Of a stretch of DNA of 50,146 nt, positions 35,359-41,310 are shown piece by piece (the stretch's first letter is position 1; each line of letters begins with the position of its first letter). The DNA comes from Thermoplasmata archaeon (lineage in GTDB: Archaea > Thermoplasmatota > Thermoplasmata > Lutacidiplasmatales > UBA184): the NCBI GenBank assembly GCA_030041075.1, contig JASHOP010000029.1:1-50146 (forward strand), written 5' to 3'. The notes beneath the pieces were generated by a model that was given only the letters and a program-made list of their open reading frames with translations, did not search any database and was not told the origin of the DNA. The position numbers and the translations under genes are program-made.

Positions 35359-36378
35359 TCACTCCGGACCCACCCCGGCTTGATCGAGATCACCAGGCGA
35401 TCCTTCGGCCCCTTGAACTCCTCCGCGATATGGCTCTGTTGCGCGTTCGCGGGGCGGAGAGAGCTCTCGCCTCGATGATCGAGGGCTCGACCCCGCGAGG
35501 TGCGACAGTGCCGCCTTCGGTCCATCCAGTTTGTACCCCCGGCCGCGCGGGATACGTCGGGCCCGCCCGGTCACCGACGGTCCGGGTACGCCCTGCTCCC
35601 CCGACGGGCCCCGCCGAGTTCGCGGAGCGAGCCGCGCTCCGGTGATCGAGAGTTGCCACGCCCGGGGCCGGGGGACCGCCGGCCCGAGCCGCAGTTCGAC
35701 GCGACGGTCGAACAGGGGGCTATCGACAACGATCGTGTGGTACTCGCCCTGCTCGCCACACGGGTCGAACCCCGCCGCTCTCCCGCACCGGAGGAGGTCA
35801 TGGCACGCCCTTGGCCCCAGCGCCCGACCGAGCCAGCGGCGGTCGAGCGGAGGGTCACGGACGTACGACACGAGCGCGGAGATCCGCTCTCGATGGATCG
35901 CGCCCAGCAACGCCTCCCGGCTCCGCTCCCAGAGGGGGGTCCGCACCCCGACCCCGGAGACCGAGGCCCGGTCGCGGATCCAGTTGGAGCAGTCCCCCAC
36001 GCGGTCGATGTCGCCGGTGACGAGGGTCTCGATGCCCGACGCTCGGAGCCGGTGGATCGCGTCCTCGTAGCCGCGCTTGAACGGCGGGGAGACCGGGATC
36101 GTCCACCACGCGAGGCCGAGAGACTCGGCTTGCAGGCGCATCACGGCGAGCGGATGGGCCCGGAACTCCCCTCGTCGGGGAACGAACGTGACGAGCGTGC
36201 GGACGTCGTGGCCGAGCGCGATCGACTCGTGCAGGGCCAGGGTGCAGTCCTTCCCTCCCGTCCAGAGGACCGCGACTGCTCCCGGCGGTCCGCCGACGTC
36301 GGGTCGGGAACCGGGTCGACGCACGATCGAACTCCGCCGCCGGGGAGCGTCGGGGCCGTCGAGGCGAGTGGGACCCAC
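35359..36378 (-). CDS. DUF71/COG2102 ATP-dependent amide ligase (Dph6-like), B12-associated subtype
   Basis: WTGGKDC, QAESLGL, LVTGDI, PLW, DPCGEQGEYHTIVVDSPLF; homology ends at about 35620 and the frame then runs through MITE R; GTG start inferred. Confidence 0.85.
   Translation of the reverse strand: MGPTRLDGPDAPRRRSSIVRRPGSRPDVGGPPGAVAVLWTGGKDCTLALHESIALGHDVRTLVTFVPRRGEFRAHPLAVMRLQAESLGLAWWTIPVSPPFKRGYEDAIHRLRASGIETLVTGDIDRVGDCSNWIRDRASVSGVGVRTPLWERSREALLGAIHRERISALVSYVRDPPLDRRWLGRALGPRACHDLLRCGRAAGFDPCGEQGEYHTIVVDSPLFDRRVELRLGPAVPRPRAWQLSITGARLAPRTRRGPSGEQGVPGPSVTGRARRIPRGRGYKLDGPKAALSHLAGSSPRSSRRELSPPRERATEPYRGGVQGAEGSPGDLDQAGVGPE
35362..35430 (-). pseudogene. Short gene remnant (IAEEFKGPKDRLVISIKPGWVRS), resembles the C-terminus of PPOX/pyridoxamine-phosphate-oxidase-like proteins
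   Basis: Host-like GC3-rich codons, cut off exactly at the inner end of MITE copy R; family resemblance judged by eye only. Confidence 0.35.
35432..35512. mobile_element. 81-bp MITE-like element with IS6-family-like terminal inverted repeats (copy R)
   Basis: Ends GGCTCTGTTGCGC / GTGCGACAGTGCC (reverse complement GGCACTGTCGCAC). Confidence 0.8.
35513..35521. repeat. Probable target-site duplication, right copy GCCTTCGGT
   Basis: Identical to 31401-31409. Confidence 0.8.
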
Positions 36379-36379
36379 G

Positions 36380-37663
36380 TCATCCCCTCGGCAGCCGCGA
36401 GGCGAGCTCGGCGAGCACTTGGTCGACGGTCCGGATCTCGGTGGCACCCCGACGGAGCAGTTCGGAGCGGATCTCGGTCGCCCGGCCGCCGGTGAAGTCC
36501 CACGGTCCGGGCCCCGCCTGCGCGAGGAGGAGGACCGTCCCCGGCCGCGCGAAGCCCCGCAGCTCCTCGAGGTTGGCGAGGTTCGTAGGGCCGACGGGGA
36601 ACGCCCCCACGACCACGGCCTCGCTCTCCTCGAGGAACGCTCGGACCCGGGACCGGGTCTCGGCCGAGATCGGAGCGAACGGGACCTCGACGGCGGTCGG
36701 GATCCGGAGCTCCTCCGTCAGCGCGCAGTCGGAGTCGAACAGCGGCAGGGCGCCCGCGCTGACGGAGTAGTCGGAGTCGACCAGCCGGCGGATCAACTCG
36801 ACCCCCGAGCCGCCTCCCGCGAGGACGTGGACCCGGGGCCGGACCGGGCCGCCGGGGGACGGTGCCGTCGGAGGGACGTCGGCGATCCGCGGGATGAGGT
36901 AGGGAAGGCGGCTCTGGGCGTCGTAGCGGAGCTCGGAGGCGATCCCCCACACGTCCGAGAGGAGCCGGGGGGAGAGGATCGCGCGGGGGACTCCGTCCGC
37001 GGCGACGCGCCCCCGATGGAGGACGACGATCCGGTCGGCGAACCGCGCCGCGAGGTTCAGGTCGTGGAGGGCGACGACGACCGCGGTGCGGTGCTCGTGG
37101 GCGATCGACCGGACGCGCTCGAGGAGATCCAGCTGGTGTCCGATGTCCAGATGCGCCGTCGGCTCGTCCAGGAGGACGATCGGGGCCTCCTGGGCCAGGA
37201 CGCGAGCGAACCGGACCCGCTGGCGCTCCCCGCCGCTCAGCTCCCAGAGGTACCGGTCCCTTAGGTCGTCCGCTCCGGAGAGTCGCAGTGCGTTCTCGAC
37301 CGCGACCCCGTCCCGAGGCGTTGGAGGAACGAACGCCGCCAAGTGGGGGTAGCGCCCGTATCGAACGTAGTCGGGCACGAGGAGGTTGTCGCCCGGTGGC
37401 TCCTCCTGCGGCATCCAGGCGACGCGCCGCGCCCGGGCCCGGAGCGAGAGCCCCTGGAGGCGCTCGCCGCCGAGGTCGATCGCCCCGTCCTCGTGCGGCT
37501 CCAGGCCGACCGAGGCTCGCAGGAGCGTCGATTTTCCCGATCCGTTCGGTCCGGCCAGCGCGACGACCTCCCCCGGGGGCGCCCGCATCGAGACGTCCCG
37601 CAACGCGACCCGGTCGCCGTAGCGCACGGTGACCCGGTCGAACGATAGCGCTCCGTCGTTCAT
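36380..37663 (-). CDS. ABC transporter ATPase, cobalamin/Fe-chelate type (BtuD-like) with extra C-terminal domain
   Basis: GPNGSGKST, LSGGERQR, LLDEPTAHLD, ALHDLNLAARFAD; C-terminal HVLAGGGSG domain. Confidence 0.92.
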   Translation of the reverse strand: MNDGALSFDRVTVRYGDRVALRDVSMRAPPGEVVALAGPNGSGKSTLLRASVGLEPHEDGAIDLGGERLQGLSLRARARRVAWMPQEEPPGDNLLVPDYVRYGRYPHLAAFVPPTPRDGVAVENALRLSGADDLRDRYLWELSGGERQRVRFARVLAQEAPIVLLDEPTAHLDIGHQLDLLERVRSIAHEHRTAVVVALHDLNLAARFADRIVVLHRGRVAADGVPRAILSPRLLSDVWGIASELRYDAQSRLPYLIPRIADVPPTAPSPGGPVRPRVHVLAGGGSGVELIRRLVDSDYSVSAGALPLFDSDCALTEELRIPTAVEVPFAPISAETRSRVRAFLEESEAVVVGAFPVGPTNLANLEELRGFARPGTVLLLAQAGPGPWDFTGGRATEIRSELLRRGATEIRTVDQVLAELASRLPRG

Positions 37664-38778
37664 ACCGGGCCTCCGCGGGGGGTCCGCCCGGCGCGCCGGT
37701 AGAGCAGGTACAGGAAGAATATGGCACCGAAGAACGCCGTCGGGATGCCGACCGGGATGACGACGGAGGGGATCACCACCTGGGCGATATCCCACGCGAT
37801 CACGAGGAATCCGCCCCCCACGAGCGCCGACAGCGCGATCACGCGGCGGTAGTCGACCCCCACCAGGCGGCGGACGACGTGGGGCGACACGAGGCCCACG
37901 AAGCCGATGATCCCGGCGAACGCCACCGCGGCGGCGGTGACCACGGTCGTGAGGAGGACGACCTGGCGCGTGAGCCGGCGCGGGTCGCTCCCGAGGCTCT
38001 GGGCGACGTCGGGTCCGAGCTGCAGGAGGTTGATCTCCTGGGCCCGGAGCACGAGGACGAGGCCGATGACGAGGACCAGCGGGATCACAAGCCCCTCGTT
38101 GCTCCACGAGGCGTACTCGAGCCCGCCGAGCAGCCAGAAGTTCACCGACAGGTTCGCGACCGGGTTGTAGAGGAGGAACGTCGCGAGGATCGCGGCCGCG
38201 ATCGCGTTGAGCGCCACCCCCGTCAGGAGCAGGGTCTGGGGCGAGCTCCGGCCCGAGCGCGCCGCGAGGTAGATGATCGACCCCGGCACGAGACCGCCGA
38301 CGAACGCGAACGCGGGCAGGACGAACGCCCGGCCCGCCGGATCGAGTCCGAACGTGTAGACCGCGGAGGCTCCCAGGGCGGCGCCGGCCGATAGGCCAAG
38401 GAGATACGGGTCGGCGAGCGGGTTGCGAAAGACCCCCTGTAGCCCGGCGCCCGAGAGGCCGAGCGCCGCGCCCACCACGACCGCGAGGATCAGGTCCGGG
38501 AGCCGGGCGTCCCAGACGATCTCGACCCAGATCGTGCACTGGTTCGCGGCGACGCCCGGACAGGGCGTCGGCGCGAGGCGACCGCCGGAGAGCTGGTGCA
38601 GAACGATGGCAAGCGTCGCCTCCCACGGTAAGGGTTCCGGTCCGATCGACGTCGAGAGGACGACCAGGAGCACGAGCCCGGCGACCAGCAGCGCCACGGC
38701 GGCTCCGAGCGAGAGCGTCCGGCGCCCCCCCGGCGCGGGGCCGGCGTCGGCTCGACCCCCGCCGGCCTTGGGGGCCAC
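37660..38778 (-). CDS. FecCD-family ABC permease (BtuC-like)
   Basis: RLP, GAAL..SGA.LQGVFRNPLADPYLLG, GIIGFVGLV.PH, IPVG. Confidence 0.93.
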   Translation of the reverse strand: MAPKAGGGRADAGPAPGGRRTLSLGAAVALLVAGLVLLVVLSTSIGPEPLPWEATLAIVLHQLSGGRLAPTPCPGVAANQCTIWVEIVWDARLPDLILAVVVGAALGLSGAGLQGVFRNPLADPYLLGLSAGAALGASAVYTFGLDPAGRAFVLPAFAFVGGLVPGSIIYLAARSGRSSPQTLLLTGVALNAIAAAILATFLLYNPVANLSVNFWLLGGLEYASWSNEGLVIPLVLVIGLVLVLRAQEINLLQLGPDVAQSLGSDPRRLTRQVVLLTTVVTAAAVAFAGIIGFVGLVSPHVVRRLVGVDYRRVIALSALVGGGFLVIAWDIAQVVIPSVVIPVGIPTAFFGAIFFLYLLYRRAGRTPRGGPV

Positions 38779-38781
38779 GGC

Positions 38782-40725
38782 CTACGGCGGCGGGACGAGC
38801 GATGGGTGCAGATCGTGCATCAGGAGCGGCAGGGCGAGGATCATCGTCGGATCGGCCTCGCTCGTCAGGGTCACGTCCAGCGGGATCTTCGAGCCGGTAA
38901 GCTGGCTCCAGTACGGGGCCGAGGACCAGACCGATGGCGTCTCGCCGGAAACGAGGTAGGTGTCGTTGCTCGTCCCGTAGAGGATGAACTGGGGCTGGTC
39001 GTCGAGGGCCACCGTCGCGTTCAATCCGAGGTACTGGAGGGGTACGGAGGCGGCGACGTTCACGCCCCCCGCGAGCGCGATCAGGGAGTCACCGAAGCTC
39101 CCCGGTCCGTATGTGTAGTAGGCCGAGCTGTCGAAGTAGTAGGTCAGGAGCACCGACGGGAGCGCCACGTGGTCGGTGGCGAACTCCGAGTCGAGCGCGC
39201 TCGCGTTCGCGAGCGCGCCGTCGAGCGTGGATTCGAGTTGGCTCGCGTGGCTCAGGCTTTCGGGAAAGATCTCCCCCATGAGGCGAACGTCGCTCACGAT
39301 CCCCTGGAGCGAGGCGGGCGCCAGCAGGACCACCGGGATCCCGAACACGTCGCTCAGCTCGTCGACGGCCTGGGCCGAGGTGATCGTGGCGGCCAGCACC
39401 AGCTGGGGTCCCAAGAGGGCGACGCCTCCCGTGTCCAGCTCCGGGTAGTCGGTCACGCAGGACGCGTTGGAGAGCGACCAGAGGGTGATCTGGCTGGGCG
39501 AATACTCGCTGTAGATCCCGCCGGGCTCGGCCGGGGTGCACCCGATCCCGACCACCGAGGAGCGAAGCCCCAGCCGATAGACGATGTCCATGACGCTCGG
39601 GGCGAGCACGACGACCCGCTGTGGGTCGAGGGGCACGGTCACGACCCGGCCGAGGTCGTCCGTGACCACGACGTTCGAGGTGTCGGAGATCACGGTCACG
39701 CTACCCGAGCCGGCGTTCGCGACGAACACCTCGCCCTTGCCGGAGTCGTACACCAGCCCGTCGGGGTCGCGGCCGACCGACAGCGAGGCCACGACCCGGT
39801 CCGACGCGTCCGAGACGTCGCTCACGTTGTCGGACCCCGCGTTGGCGACGAAGAACTCGCTCTTGGCCGTGTCGGGGGTCGCCCCGGCAGGGGCCGTTCC
39901 CACGGGGAGTGCCGCCACGGTACGGTTCGTGGCGTCCGAGATGACGGTGACGTTGTTCGAGCCCTCGTTCGTGACCAGGACCTCGGAGGTAGCGGCATCG
40001 TAGACGGTCTCGACCGGATCGGTACCGACCGCGATCGTGGCCTCGGTCGCGTTGGCGGCGGTCGAGATCAGACTCACGGTATCGGACCCGGCGTTCGCGA
40101 CGAAAACTTCTCCCAGAGCAAAATCGTAGGCGATCCCGGTCGGGTCGTCCCCCACGCCGATCGTAGCCACCACGGTGTCGGTCACGTTCGAGATCACGCT
40201 GACGTTGTGGGAGCCTTCGTTCGCCACGAACGCCTCCCCGTCCGTGGGGTCGTACGTGACACCGGCCGGGTGGTCCCCGACGTCGACTGTGGCGACGAAA
40301 TTGTAGTTCGAGTCCGGGAACACCGAGAACACCGAGACCGAGTTCGAACCGGAGTTCGTGACGAAGATCTCGCTGTCGTTGGGATCGTACGTCACGGCAC
40401 TCGGGGCGTCTCCGACGGGGATCGTCGCGACGACGCCGGCGGTGGTGTCCGAGATCACGCTCACGTTGTCGGAGCCGGTGTTGGCCACGAAGACGAGACC
40501 CAGTGCCGGGTCGTAGGCCAGACCCTCCGGGTCGGTCCCGACGGGGATCGTCGACACCACCGTCGGCTGGTTCCCGCCGCCGACCGATGGCGTGCTGGGA
40601 TGGAACTCGAAGTACGCGGCCGTGGTCCCGATCGAGACGGCAGCCACGAGGATGACGGCCACGGCGAAGAGCGATAGCGGGATCTGGCGTCGGGAGGGCG
40701 ATGGGGCCGGGGGAGTCAATGACAT
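38782..40725 (-). CDS. Class III substrate-binding protein (BtuF-like) with N-terminal TM anchor and 7-bladed YVTN beta-propeller
   Basis: Seven ~42-aa repeats (TI.VG..P....YD.....FV.N.GS..VSVI), then VTDDLGRVV.VP..PQRVV.LAPS; YGPGSFGDSLIALAGGVN. Confidence 0.9.
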   Translation of the reverse strand: MSLTPPAPSPSRRQIPLSLFAVAVILVAAVSIGTTAAYFEFHPSTPSVGGGNQPTVVSTIPVGTDPEGLAYDPALGLVFVANTGSDNVSVISDTTAGVVATIPVGDAPSAVTYDPNDSEIFVTNSGSNSVSVFSVFPDSNYNFVATVDVGDHPAGVTYDPTDGEAFVANEGSHNVSVISNVTDTVVATIGVGDDPTGIAYDFALGEVFVANAGSDTVSLISTAANATEATIAVGTDPVETVYDAATSEVLVTNEGSNNVTVISDATNRTVAALPVGTAPAGATPDTAKSEFFVANAGSDNVSDVSDASDRVVASLSVGRDPDGLVYDSGKGEVFVANAGSGSVTVISDTSNVVVTDDLGRVVTVPLDPQRVVVLAPSVMDIVYRLGLRSSVVGIGCTPAEPGGIYSEYSPSQITLWSLSNASCVTDYPELDTGGVALLGPQLVLAATITSAQAVDELSDVFGIPVVLLAPASLQGIVSDVRLMGEIFPESLSHASQLESTLDGALANASALDSEFATDHVALPSVLLTYYFDSSAYYTYGPGSFGDSLIALAGGVNVAASVPLQYLGLNATVALDDQPQFILYGTSNDTYLVSGETPSVWSSAPYWSQLTGSKIPLDVTLTSEADPTMILALPLLMHDLHPSLVPPP

Positions 40726-40748
40726 TGGACTCGAATCAAGTCTGTTTG

Positions 40749-40755
40749 AATATAA
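40749..40755 (-). promoter_or_regulatory. TATA box (TTATATT) of the transporter operon
   Basis: About 24 nt upstream of ATG 40725, implying a leaderless mRNA. Confidence 0.7.
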
Positions 40756-40913
40756 CCCTTCCGAGGCCAGGTCGTCGTGCCGTTCGGGCGCGCGGTACCG
40801 GGGCCGGCCGGAGCCGTCGCAGGGTCCCCCTCGCTCGGCCGCACACCGGAGAGCAGCCGGCCTCCTACCGAGGATAAAGGCTATGAGTTCTCAGGAACCC
40901 CTCCGGCCTCGGA

Positions 40914-41073
40914 GGGAGCATAGGCTAACCTGGCAGACCGGCGGGCTCCAGTCAGGATGCGGGCGCCGCATCCTGTGAATCGGGTCTGCGGAAGGGCGCT
41001 CGGCGCCCTCGTGACGAGTGACTGGAGCGCGCGGAGAGACCCGCACATCGGGGTTCAAATCCCCGTGCTCCCA
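40914..41073 (+). tRNA. tRNA-Trp(CCA) with 87-nt intron at 37/38 (intron 40952-41038)
   Basis: Acceptor GGGAGCA/TGCTCCC-A, anticodon stem GCGGG/CCCGC, CCA at 40948-40950, T arm CGGGG-TTCAAAT-CCCCG, BHB-like CTCC/GGAG helix with AG|T and AG|A bulges. Confidence 0.93.
40952..41038 (+). ncRNA. Intron-encoded box C/D-like guide RNA
   Basis: CGGGTCT (40981-40987) is complementary to the 3' junction AGACCCG and followed by CGGA; C' box GTGACGA 41011-41017; TGACTGGAGC is complementary to the anticodon loop/5' junction. Confidence 0.75.
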
Positions 41074-41310
41074 CTCCTTCCCGTCCATGATTCGCCTTCG
41101 CCTGCTGCCGGTGCGGCGCTTTCCAGCGGCTTCGTTCTCATGAGAACTCCCGGATCCACCCGTGAACTCGCGGCCGCGGGGTAGTCTATCTCTGCGCCGG
41201 CTTCGCTGTTACCTGCTGACCGAGCTCACGGAATCCGTCGATGCGCTCGAGGCTCTCGAAGGCGCGGGCGAACGGAGTCGCTGGCATGGAGGCTCGGCCC
41301 GGACCTCGGC

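Larger units (their letters stand above)
31410..35512. mobile_element. Non-autonomous composite transposon-like cassette bounded by two direct MITE copies
   Basis: Two 81-bp elements in direct orientation, 9-bp flanking direct repeat, visibly lower GC cargo, no transposase. Confidence 0.72.

Noticed and set aside
31410-35512. 81-bp hairpins as integron attC sites or CRISPR repeats
   Set aside because: No RYYYAAC...GTTRRRY cores, no copy between the two cargo genes, only two copies 4 kb apart, and no integrase or cas genes. IS6-like ends plus a flanking duplication explain them better.
35359-35620. C-terminal extension of DUF71 as an additional domain
   Set aside because: Low-complexity read-through crossing the MITE and a gene remnant; not domain-like.
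40726-40913. Cobalamin riboswitch upstream of the ABC transporter
   Set aside because: The TATA box is only about 24 nt from the ATG, leaving no leader, and no B12-box motif was recognised; the nearby structured sequence is tRNA-Trp.
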